Assembly: GCA_963790205.1 (NCBI GenBank)
Contig: CAWBNQ010000013.1
Location: 1-24,757, forward strand
DNA: 24,757 nt
Source of the DNA: Nitrospirota bacterium
Lineage (GTDB): Bacteria > Nitrospirota > UBA9217
Reading direction: 5' to 3'
Shown here piece after piece: positions 16,445 to 24,757 of this stretch (within the stretch, counting starts at the first letter, position 1; each line of letters starts with the position of its first letter). The position numbers and the translations under genes were made by a program. The notes beneath the pieces were generated by a model. The model had not been told where the DNA came from, searched no databases, and saw nothing but the letters and a program-made list of their open reading frames with translations.

Positions 16445-18067
16445 ATGAGAACAGCGAGCACAGGAGCACTCATGGGAACCATCGTTGGTGCGCTGCTGAC
16501 CGCTGCGCTGATCGCGATCTTTTACGCGGGCTGGCGGCTAGCGGACCTGCCCTTCGTCCCCTTTGACGTGTTCGACTGGACGACCCGCATACTACCAGGG
16601 GCTTTCATCGAGTTCATCATCAGCACCATGGTAACCGCTATCCGCGTGCTCCACCTGGGGCCCACATCGGTCGCCGCCAAGATCATCGAACAAGCAATGG
16701 GGATCGTCGGCCTGTTCATCACCGGTGTCGTTGCCGGCGGTATTCTCTTTAACGTTTTGCGCACGCTGCGAGGCCAATATACTTACCTGTCAGGTCTCTT
16801 GCTGGGAGTGCTTGCCGCTATTCCCTCCGTCCTCATCAGTTCTTCTCTCCGCAAAACAACCGCTACCTTGCCCTTGATCAACGCTCTCTGGATCGTGTTC
16901 GTGTTTGTCTCGTGGGGCGTGGCGCTCATCTGGGTCTATCTGCGGCTGACGGCCCTGAGCGCGCCGGCTGAACAGGGAACGGACCGAGAATCTTTTGCCC
17001 AGCGGGTGAATCGGCGCCAATTCCTCATCCGGCTTGCGGGGTACACGGCGACCATCACGGTCACCGGGGCAATGGTGGGGTTGTTGTCGGAACGCCACAG
17101 CCGATTGAAGCTGGAGAGCCTGATGCCCTGGTCACGATCTCACGCCTTGCCGAACGACAGTGCAGTTGTAAAACCCGCTCCCGGCACGCGGCCCGAATAT
17201 ACTCCTTTGGAGCGACACTACCGCATAGACATCAACTCGACCCCTCCACGGATCGACGGCCTGATGTGGCGGCTCTGGATCGAAGGTCTTGTCGAAAAGC
17301 CGATGTCATTCACGCTGGACGACCTCCGGCGCTATGAACCCATGCACCAATTCGTCACGTTGTCCTGCATCTCCAATCCGGTGGGCGGCGATCTGATCGG
17401 CACGACCCGCTGGACCGGCGTGAGCCTGAAGAAGCTCCTGCCCGTCCTCGGCCTGAAGCCCCAAGCCACCTACCTGAAGATCAGCTCGGCCGACGGGTTC
17501 TTTGAAATCCTATCCCTGGAAACGGTTATGGCTGATGAGCGGGTGATGCTTGCCTATGCCTGGGACGGGGTGCCGTTGCCTGAGGACCACGGATTTCCGC
17601 TGCGCATCTACATCCCGGACGTACATGGGATGAAGCAGCCAAAATGGATCGAGACTATCGAGGCAATGGACCATTGGGAGCCGGGCTACTGGGTGGTCCG
17701 TGGATGGGACAAGGTCGCAAAGATGAAGGCGACGTCCGTGATCGACACCGTCGCCGTGGACATGACCATCATCGACGCTGATCAAAGGAAACGGGTGCCC
17801 ATCGGCGGGATCGCTCACGCGGGAGCCCGCGGGATCTCGAAGGTCGAGGTGCGGGTCGATGACGGCCCCTGGCAGACGGCAGTGTTCAGGACTCCTCTGT
17901 CGCAAACGACCTGGGTGCTCTGGCGCTATGACTGGCCGTTCCAGCCGGGCAAACACACTTTCACGGTGCGCTGTTATGACGGCAGCGATACCCCGCAGAT
18001 CGTTCAACCGATGCCGCCTTCTCCCAGCGGTGCATCCGGACTCTTCAGCAAGACTCAGAAGCTATGA
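16445..18067 (+). CDS. Membrane-anchored sulfite-oxidase-family molybdopterin oxidoreductase
   Basis: Hydrophobic N-terminal helices, internal NRRQFL, YRIDI, TLSCISN (Mo-ligating Cys), WTGV, HGFPLR, GMKQPKW, GYW..RGW, and a C-terminal dimerisation domain (GISKVEV, W..W.Y.W). GAGGAG RBS. Confidence 0.92.
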   Translation: MRTASTGALMGTIVGALLTAALIAIFYAGWRLADLPFVPFDVFDWTTRILPGAFIEFIISTMVTAIRVLHLGPTSVAAKIIEQAMGIVGLFITGVVAGGILFNVLRTLRGQYTYLSGLLLGVLAAIPSVLISSSLRKTTATLPLINALWIVFVFVSWGVALIWVYLRLTALSAPAEQGTDRESFAQRVNRRQFLIRLAGYTATITVTGAMVGLLSERHSRLKLESLMPWSRSHALPNDSAVVKPAPGTRPEYTPLERHYRIDINSTPPRIDGLMWRLWIEGLVEKPMSFTLDDLRRYEPMHQFVTLSCISNPVGGDLIGTTRWTGVSLKKLLPVLGLKPQATYLKISSADGFFEILSLETVMADERVMLAYAWDGVPLPEDHGFPLRIYIPDVHGMKQPKWIETIEAMDHWEPGYWVVRGWDKVAKMKATSVIDTVAVDMTIIDADQRKRVPIGGIAHAGARGISKVEVRVDDGPWQTAVFRTPLSQTTWVLWRYDWPFQPGKHTFTVRCYDGSDTPQIVQPMPPSPSGASGLFSKTQKL

Positions 18068-18190
18068 GCCCGCAGGGAATTCTTAGAAATCAACATATGG
18101 GTTTGTCAACAGGCTGTAGCGCGAAGGTCAAGGCGAAGTGATCAGGATGCATTAACACACGTCACATTGATTTGTGGGCAATGGAGAAAT

Positions 18191-18230
18191 AACAGGGCAT
18201 CCGGTTCACTGCAATCGGACGCCCTGTTTT
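18191..18230. terminator. Intrinsic terminator hairpin between convergent genes
   Basis: AACAGGGCATCCG...CGGACGCCCTGTT stem with T-rich flanks in both directions; the single mismatch is a G-U pair on the minus-strand transcript. Confidence 0.7.
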
Positions 18231-18242
18231 ACGTTTGTTGCG

Positions 18243-18446
18243 TCACGTTTTTTTTAACGTCGAAATACCGAACGGCCCATAGAGCGGGCAGATACCCGTA
18301 ATGCTCGTAGCCAGAAGAATCACCGCCAGGATGCCCAGAACGATCGCGGCCGTGCCGGTGATCTGACCGGCAAAATAGAAACCGATGATCGCAACGGCGA
18401 TGATCGCCCGTATGATCCGGTCCGCGGGTCCCATGTTTTTTTTCAT
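18243..18446 (-). CDS. DUF2892 (YgaP-like) small membrane protein
   Basis: MKKNMG..DR.IR ... G.CPLY..FGIST; AAGGAGGT RBS. Confidence 0.9.
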   Translation of the reverse strand: MKKNMGPADRIIRAIIAVAIIGFYFAGQITGTAAIVLGILAVILLATSITGICPLYGPFGISTLKKT

Positions 18447-18470
18447 AGGGTTACCTCCTTTCAAAAAAAA

Positions 18471-18560
18471 TTAAAATAACCACTTCACTAGGTACACGAT
18501 ACCCGTGATAGCTCCGATGCATAGAATACAGACCAGAATGATCTTTAAAATCTTAGTCAT
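18471..18560 (-). CDS. 29-aa single-transmembrane microprotein
   Basis: Below the ORF-track cutoff; MTKILKIILVCILCIGAITGIVYLVKWLF*, with purine-rich GGGCGGAG immediately upstream. Ends 24 nt before the DUF2892 start. Confidence 0.55.
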   Translation of the reverse strand: MTKILKIILVCILCIGAITGIVYLVKWLF

Positions 18561-18881
18561 ACTCCGCCCTGTGCTTTTATCTTTATTATAGCACTTTTAT
18601 CGGCAGGGATGAGCGCACACCGGGAGGTTGCAAGGTTTCCTCGCGTTCAAGATCACGCTCTCCGCGCAATATCTCCAGCGTCCCTTGCGATGTCGAACTT
18701 TTGGCTTGGATTTGAGAAAGTAAAGTTCACAAATAAGACGCGATGGGTAATTACCGGCATTTTCTTACCGAGCGACCTGTGGAGGCGGTATAATTTAATC
18801 GAGTTCAAGAACGTTTTTTTGAGCAAATCCTGCCCTCTCGGATGCAGGATCACTCCAGGATTGAGAAAGGAGGATATTCTC

Positions 18882-19310
18882 ATGAAACCGGTCCCCATAA
18901 ATTATATGGCAGTTATAGTCGCTGCAGTAGCAAACATGGTCATCGGGTTTTTATGGTACGGTCCGCTTTTTGGTAAAACATGGATGAAGCTGTCCGGGAT
19001 CAACCCGGGTAAGATAGATTCCGCCAAGGCGTCAGGCATGGGAAAGAATTATGCGCTGGCCTTCGGAGGCTCGTTGGTCATGAGCTATGTACTTGCTCAC
19101 GCCCTCGTCTTCGCCGCCGCTTACTTCGAGATGGGCGGCGTTCCCGCGGGTCTCATGTCCGGGTTCTGGAACTGGCTCGGCTTTATCGCACCGGTAACGT
19201 TGGGCACAGTGCTATGGGAGGGAAAATCGTGGAAGTTGTGGCTGCTCATGAACGGTTACTATCTTGTGACGCTGCTGCTCATGGGGACGATACTTTCCGT
19301 CTGGCCATAG
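18882..19310 (+). CDS. DUF1761 family membrane protein
   Basis: INYMAVIVAAV...GFLWYGPLFGK.W and W.GF..P motifs; AAGGAGG RBS before ATG 18882. Confidence 0.9.
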   Translation: MKPVPINYMAVIVAAVANMVIGFLWYGPLFGKTWMKLSGINPGKIDSAKASGMGKNYALAFGGSLVMSYVLAHALVFAAAYFEMGGVPAGLMSGFWNWLGFIAPVTLGTVLWEGKSWKLWLLMNGYYLVTLLLMGTILSVWP

Positions 19311-19336
19311 TATCAGCCACCGTTAATAAAAGGATT

Positions 19337-19561
19337 TTAATGGCAGCCCGCGCAGGACGAGGACGAGCAGCCGCCGCACCCCGAGCCGCTCGATGGACTC
19401 GAGGAAGACGCGCTCGAAGCCTTGCCCATACCGAAGCGCGACATGAGCTTCTCGGTTTTCTTCGAGCCGCACTTTTCGCAGGCGACCTCGGGATTCGAAC
19501 CGAAGACAAGTTTCTCGAATGCGGCGTTGCAGGCTTTGCAGTGATATTCGTAAATTGGCAT
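19337..19561 (-). CDS. FmdB family zinc-ribbon protein
   Basis: MPIYEY.C..C...FE ... C..CGS...K..S.F with a C-terminal CGGC..SCAGC. Confidence 0.92.
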   Translation of the reverse strand: MPIYEYHCKACNAAFEKLVFGSNPEVACEKCGSKKTEKLMSRFGMGKASSASSSSPSSGSGCGGCSSSSCAGCH

Positions 19562-19578
19562 TATTTAAATCCAAACCT

Positions 19579-19719
19579 ATTTACTGCAGATACACAGAGA
19601 AATTTACTGCAGAGACACAGAGAAAATCCACACAGGAAGAGGAAGCTTTTAAAAACCGGCCTTGGAATTCCTTCCTGACGCTCATTTGCCCTCTCCGCGC
19701 CTCAGCGTCTCTGCGGTGA
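19579..19719. repeat. Intergenic repeat element: 23-bp tandem duplication plus a distal inverted copy (REP-like)
   Basis: ATTTACTGCAGATACACAGAGAA / ATTTACTGCAGAGACACAGAGAA (22 of 23 identical, 19579-19624); inverted partner CTCAGCGTCTCTGCGGTGA at 19701-19719. Confidence 0.7.
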
Positions 19720-19732
19720 TTATTTTCAGGTT

Positions 19733-20380
<648 letters not shown>

Positions 20381-20436
20381 GTGTTGTCCTCTCTCCTACT
20401 GGTAACAGGCAGCCATAAAGGGGTGCCCCTACCTGT

Positions 20437-21678
20437 TTATTTTTTTATTCCGCATTCCAAAGCTTCTTCCAAGATCTGTATCGGATGCAGGACCGCAACT
20501 TCGGAACCAGCCCTGCAAAGCGCATCGGTTATCTGCATACGGCATCCGGGACAGCCGGTCGCTACCACCGACGCATTCGTGGCGATGATGTTTTTGACCT
20601 TTTCTTCCGCGATCCCGTCGGAAAGTCCTCGGTGGGTCACTCGCATTATTCCGCCGAACCCGCAGCAGCGGTCCGCGTCCTGCATCTCTTGGATCGTTAT
20701 GCCGGGGATGCCGCACAGCAGGTCCCGCATTGTCTTTGAGATACCCTGTCCCCGTCCGAGGTGGCAGGGGTCGTGCACGGTGATGTTTTTCTGCAAGAAT
20801 GCGAGCCGGGCATCGCCCAGCTTATCAGCTAGAAATTCATGGATGTCGAACACCGCAGGCCTCTTCATACCGGGCCGGAGCAGTTTAGGGTATTCTTTTT
20901 TAAAAGTCAAGCCGCATGAAGCGCATGCTGTGACAATCGCGTCTGCCTCAAGTCCGGCGAAGATCCGGCTGTTGTGCGCCGCTAGGGCTGCGGCCCCTTT
21001 ATGGTCACCGAGGGAAAGCAGCGGCCTGCCACAGCACTGCAGGCCATCGGGAACGACGACTTTGTATCCGATCGCGTTCAGGACCCTGCGTACGCTGATC
21101 CCGATGTCAGGCTGAAAATTATTTATTGCGCATCCGGGGAAGAAAATGACCGTGCCTTTTTGCGGCTCTCTCTTATTTCCGGCTTTCCTAGAACGATGAA
21201 CTTTTAATTTTTCACTTTGAGCTCCGAACTCCGAGCTGATACCCCGCCCCTTTATCGATCCGCCCGTATAGTGCAGCGCGATCGGCGCGAGCCGCGCGAG
21301 GGCCCGGAATACAGCCGGATGCTTCAGCATGAACGAAATAGCAGCGCCCGCAGTGCTGGCGCCAGCCTCTTCCACTGCCTGTTCCTTCGCGGCCTGGATG
21401 ATCTCCGTAACAGGCACGTTGCTCGCGCAGGAAGCCTCGCAGGCAAGGCAGGTCGTGCAGGTAGCGAGACGGTCAATGTACGTGCGGGATATGCCGAGTC
21501 TCTTGTCCAGCACCGCCTCGATAAGGGCCATCCTGCCGCGCGCGGAGAACGATTCAGCGCGCTCGTAACGAAAGGTGGGGCAGACGGCGCTGCATGACCC
21601 GCATTTCACGCAGCGGGAGATTTCCGCACGGTACGTTTCGAGGGGGCTCCGCGGGACAACATTGCTGGCTTTCTTCAT
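20437..21678 (-). CDS. GlcF-like Fe-S protein (two 4Fe-4S motifs plus two CCG domains)
   Basis: CVKCGSCSAVCP, CTTCLACEASC, FPGC, CCG (twice), CASC, HDPCH, CPGC. The ATG at 21678 overlaps the upstream stop (ATGA). Confidence 0.9.
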   Translation of the reverse strand: MKKASNVVPRSPLETYRAEISRCVKCGSCSAVCPTFRYERAESFSARGRMALIEAVLDKRLGISRTYIDRLATCTTCLACEASCASNVPVTEIIQAAKEQAVEEAGASTAGAAISFMLKHPAVFRALARLAPIALHYTGGSIKGRGISSEFGAQSEKLKVHRSRKAGNKREPQKGTVIFFPGCAINNFQPDIGISVRRVLNAIGYKVVVPDGLQCCGRPLLSLGDHKGAAALAAHNSRIFAGLEADAIVTACASCGLTFKKEYPKLLRPGMKRPAVFDIHEFLADKLGDARLAFLQKNITVHDPCHLGRGQGISKTMRDLLCGIPGITIQEMQDADRCCGFGGIMRVTHRGLSDGIAEEKVKNIIATNASVVATGCPGCRMQITDALCRAGSEVAVLHPIQILEEALECGIKK

Positions 21679-22316
21679 GGCAGGATGGTCACCGGCGTAC
21701 CGAGGGTCACAACGCTGAAAATCTCGTCGACATCCCCATTGTCCAAGGCGATGCAGCCGTCGGTCCAGTTCATCGAGGAGTAGTCCTGAGGCGTTGCGGC
21801 GCCATTGAGCATCCGGCCGTGGATTCCTACGGCCCCCCCGAGCCGAGTGCCCCACGGGGGTTGCTGCTGTTCGTCAAGCGCTTTTTTGATCGTCGAATAT
21901 TCCATAGGCGAGATCAGCTTATCACGAAGTCCGAATTCCGCGTGTTTCGCGCCCGGATAGCTCAGCCCCATGAACTTGTAAAAACGCTTGCTATGGTTCA
22001 TGGTGCAAATGTAGAAATCGCCTTCGGGCGTCCGCTTGTCTCCCTCCATTCGCTTATCCCCGTCCCGGAAGCCTCTGCCGAACACAGCGCGATAGGTCTT
22101 GATGGGACGGCCCCCTTTGTAAAGGGTGAGCGTATACTGGGATTTCCAGATGATAAGCCTGGTCGGCCCGGCCAGGGACGAAACAAAAGATGCGAACGTG
22201 AATGGTTTGTCGGCCGGGGCCTCGGGCGCGGGAGAAAGGCAGCTCAAGAGCAGAATTGAGAAAAGAAACCTGAGGGGAAAAAATATATTTCTACGAATCC
22301 GTTTCATGACCTGCAT
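21675..22316 (-). CDS. L,D-transpeptidase (YkuD) family protein
   Basis: GDK..EGD..TPEG, LSYP, catalytic IHG...WTDGCIAL, GTPVTI; N-terminal signal or anchor. Confidence 0.92.
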   Translation of the reverse strand: MQVMKRIRRNIFFPLRFLFSILLLSCLSPAPEAPADKPFTFASFVSSLAGPTRLIIWKSQYTLTLYKGGRPIKTYRAVFGRGFRDGDKRMEGDKRTPEGDFYICTMNHSKRFYKFMGLSYPGAKHAEFGLRDKLISPMEYSTIKKALDEQQQPPWGTRLGGAVGIHGRMLNGAATPQDYSSMNWTDGCIALDNGDVDEIFSVVTLGTPVTILP

Positions 22317-22321
22317 CCATC

Positions 22322-22588
22322 TCAGCTGCGCTGTTTTTCTTCATACCGCTGCGCGCATGCCTCGCTGCAAAACGAGTGGAGCTGGCCATGAAGGCGACGC
22401 GTCACTGCGCGGTCCTTGACAACGTACGTGCTGCATTCCGGATCGAGCACCATCTCTTCGCCCTTAAGCTTCTTCGTCGGGGAGGCCGGTTCACCCGCGT
22501 GGTATGCCTTGATCGCCGAGTTCAGTATCGTCTTGAGCGCATAATACACGAAGACGATGATGATGACGTTCAGGAGATTTCTTATCAT
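22322..22588 (-). CDS. YHS/TRASH domain protein with an N-terminal membrane anchor
   Basis: MVLDPEC.TYV ... FCS..C...Y; GAGAAGAAGGG RBS before ATG 22588. Confidence 0.85.
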   Translation of the reverse strand: MIRNLLNVIIIVFVYYALKTILNSAIKAYHAGEPASPTKKLKGEEMVLDPECSTYVVKDRAVTRRLHGQLHSFCSEACAQRYEEKQRS

Positions 22589-22616
22589 GGGTCGCCCTTC
22601 TTCTCCAGCGTCTTTT

Positions 22617-23213
22617 TTATGCGGAGGCCTTGCTTTCGAGATATGCTGAGATCGCGCTGTCATAGCGTGAGGTGTGGAGGAAAACGGTCCGGCAAAGTTC
22701 AAAGCGCGTCTTCGCAGACACCTCTCCGGTCTTTTTGAGCTCGTCAAGTACGCGACCGTAATCGTTGGACGAGACGACCACCGCCACGTCCGTGTAGTTC
22801 TTTGCTGCCGAACGGAGCATGGTCGGTCCGCCGATATCGATGTTTTCAATGGCATCTTCGAGGGTGCAGCCTGGCTTCGCAACTGTCTGCTCGAACGGAT
22901 AGAGGTTCACGACGATGAGGTCAATGGGTTCGATGCCGTGCTGCTTCCACTGCTTCATGTGCTCGGGGTTGTTCCGCCTGCCGAGGATACCGCCGTGCAC
23001 CTTGGGGTGAAGGGTCTTGACCCTTCCGTCGAGCATCTCGGGAAAGCCCGTGAACTCCGATACGTCTTTCACCTTGACGCCCCCGTCGCGCAGAAGCTTG
23101 GCGGTGCCGCCGGTCGAGAGGATTTCAATACCAAGGCCTGCAAGTCCTTTGGCGAAATCCAGAATACCTTCCTTGTGCGAAACACTGATAAGCGCGCGCG
23201 TCACTTTCCCCAC
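22617..23213 (-). CDS. purH: IMP cyclohydrolase (PurH N-terminal MGS-like domain only, 198 aa)
   Basis: [58 protein letters not shown], then stop. GGAGG RBS before GTG 23213. Confidence 0.9.
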   Translation of the reverse strand: MGKVTRALISVSHKEGILDFAKGLAGLGIEILSTGGTAKLLRDGGVKVKDVSEFTGFPEMLDGRVKTLHPKVHGGILGRRNNPEHMKQWKQHGIEPIDLIVVNLYPFEQTVAKPGCTLEDAIENIDIGGPTMLRSAAKNYTDVAVVVSSNDYGRVLDELKKTGEVSAKTRFELCRTVFLHTSRYDSAISAYLESKASA

Positions 23214-23308
23214 TGGTGAACCTCCAAAAATAATAATGTATATGCAACGCCTCCGGGCGTCACGGATCGTCAAAAGTGCCCCGAATGGTTGTGATTCTTC
23301 AGGCGTAA

Positions 23309-23337
23309 ATAGTAACCGAATCAACTAGGGATGTCAA
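23309..23337 (-). promoter_or_regulatory. sigma70 promoter of the purH-tal operon
   Basis: Minus strand TTGACA-17 bp-TACTAT. Confidence 0.7.
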
Positions 23338-23353
23338 TGGATTAAAGCCTCAG

Positions 23354-24757
23354 TGTCAACCCAAAGTAGAAATGTCCTACTCTTACCAAGATAGAAATGT
23401 CCGGTTTTAGGAGGCAACGGGAAGTTGTTCGTTTGCTCTCCTGAGTCTCTTCCACGGATGATCCGCTGGTTGATACCGGCTTGTCGTTTCTTATTGACTG
23501 CCGGTGTTTTAGGGTTTTCTTTAGCTGGCCGTGTTTTGATCTCCCGGTAACTTAAATCCAGGCCCCGGTGGGATATGTGCAAGGAGCCATCGATTCGTTC
23601 TTCCACGGCAACCTTTTGGGTTTTTATGGCGTCTTTGATCTGGTAGAGTTTGCCGTTGTAAGCGATAGTGAAATCGTTCCGCAGCGTACGCTCCTCTCGA
23701 ATGCAGAAAATCTTGTCGAGTGCTCTCGGGGACAGCGCGGATTGGTGGACATCGGCGTCCGATACGGCCTTCACCTTGAATTTCCTGTTGTACGTTGGCA
23801 GATATTTTATCAGGAATTCATTTGCCAGGTCAACGCTTTTAACCCCGGCAAGCCTCATCTCTTTGACCAGACGATCCTGGAGCGTTCGAAACAGTCTCTC
23901 TACCCTGCCTTTGGCCTGGGGTGAATTTGCATGGATGACCGTCACCCCGAGTTCGGCAAGACTCCTTTCAAACTGGCTCATGGGGTTTTTATCTTCCAAC
24001 GCATCCTCGATGCTCTGCTTGGCCGGAGATTTATACGTCGTGTGTTTGTCCAAATAGACGCTCTGGGGAATGCCGTAGCGCCTGATATACCGACTGAAGC
24101 TGTCCATGGCCGGCATGGTCCCCTCGTAGTCATAAAAACGGCCGGATACCGTTCCTGTGGCATCATCGATATATCCCATTAAGACACACTCAGGGCCTCG
24201 GCCTTCGAACCAGTCATGATGGGAACCATCCATCTGGACCATTTCACCGAAATGATGCTTTCTCTCGCGCCACTGCCGGTGCTTTCTCCCTTTGCGCTTC
24301 TTATAGGAGCTGTCTTCGTGATTAAGCCATAGACGAAGGGTCTCGTCGCTTAGCTTGATTGCATGAACATCAAGAAGCTTCTCGCTGGCAAAGGTCGGGC
24401 CGAAGTCGCTATACTGCTTCCGATACAGCTTAAGCACTTTGTCTTTGATCTTCTGAGGGAAGCGACGATTCGAGGCTTTGCCGCGAGAACGGTGACTGAT
24501 GCCATCGTCTCCTTCCTCTCGTACTCGTTTAACCATCCGTCGAAGTTGCCTGCTGCTCAAGCCTACAATCTCAGCAGCCTTAGCCTGGGTGATCCTTTTA
24601 TCCAATGCCTGGTGGATAATGTGCAGTCTTTTTGTCTCTCTCCTGCTCATGGTGATCATGTCCTTTTCCGTCACAGTACCCTCCGATTACGTCGGGGTAT
24701 TGTAACTTAAAATAGGACATTTCTACTTTGGCAGAATAGGACATTATCATTTTGGGA
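23354..24757 (-). mobile_element. ISNCY / IS1202-family insertion sequence; left tip lies just beyond the window end
   Basis: Right end TGTCAACCCAAAGTAGAAATGTCCTA with a second copy at 23386-23402. An exact 19-bp inverted copy is at 24713-24731 and a second imperfect copy at 24737-24755. Confidence 0.9.
23407..24674 (-). CDS. ISNCY-family DDE transposase, with a probable single-base frameshift near the C-terminus
   Basis: HTH N-terminus; GEMVQMDGS.H.W, IDDAT, YLDK, SPQAKGRVER..TLQDRL. PADHPWKR...stop at 23407 lies in the adjacent frame. Confidence 0.9.

Noticed and set aside
19579..19624. Mini CRISPR array
   Set aside because: Two adjacent repeats with no spacer and no cas genes.
23225..23255. 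dif/xrs-like core ATAATGTATAT near an IS1202-type element
   Set aside because: No XerD arm (TTATGTTAAAT) follows, and it is over 100 bp from the IS end.
23214..23305. ZTP (pfl) riboswitch upstream of purH
   Set aside because: Only a small ACGCC-cgga-GGCGT hairpin is present; the conserved GACUG and CGCCUGGGC-type elements were not found.
23331..23359. Hybrid promoter formed by the IS-tip TTGACA
   Set aside because: The sequence at 17-bp spacing is TGACAT, a poor -10; the native promoter just downstream is intact.

Overview
Bacterial genomic window of a moderately GC-rich, diderm organism. Gene content is suggestive of Nitrospirota or deltaproteobacteria-like anaerobes, but that is inference only. 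From left to right: a partial Ku gene, a DoxX gene, and then a tightly packed candidate sulfation locus. That locus encodes a PhnD-type binding protein, CysQ, a Sat-CysC fusion whose ATP sulfurylase motifs are degenerate, a long-chain CHR/ChrA transporter, a PAPS-dependent sulfotransferase and a three-repeat beta-barrel-like outer-membrane protein. ChrA and the sulfotransferase carry five +1 frameshifts, probably sequencing errors. The middle holds small signalling and accessory genes: a receiver protein, an ABM protein, exported proteins, a coiled-coil/GAF + CheY-like + pseudo-receiver/PilZ set, a DUF169 remnant, an RRM-rpsU pair, a membrane-anchored sulfite-oxidase-family Mo enzyme with an internal twin-arginine motif, DUF2892, DUF1761 and two unannotated microproteins. 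A minus-strand housekeeping operon follows (stand-alone IMP cyclohydrolase, YHS protein, L,D-transpeptidase, GlcF-like Fe-S protein, transaldolase, FmdB zinc ribbon). The window ends with an ISNCY/IS1202-type insertion sequence. No rRNA, tRNA or CRISPR array was seen.
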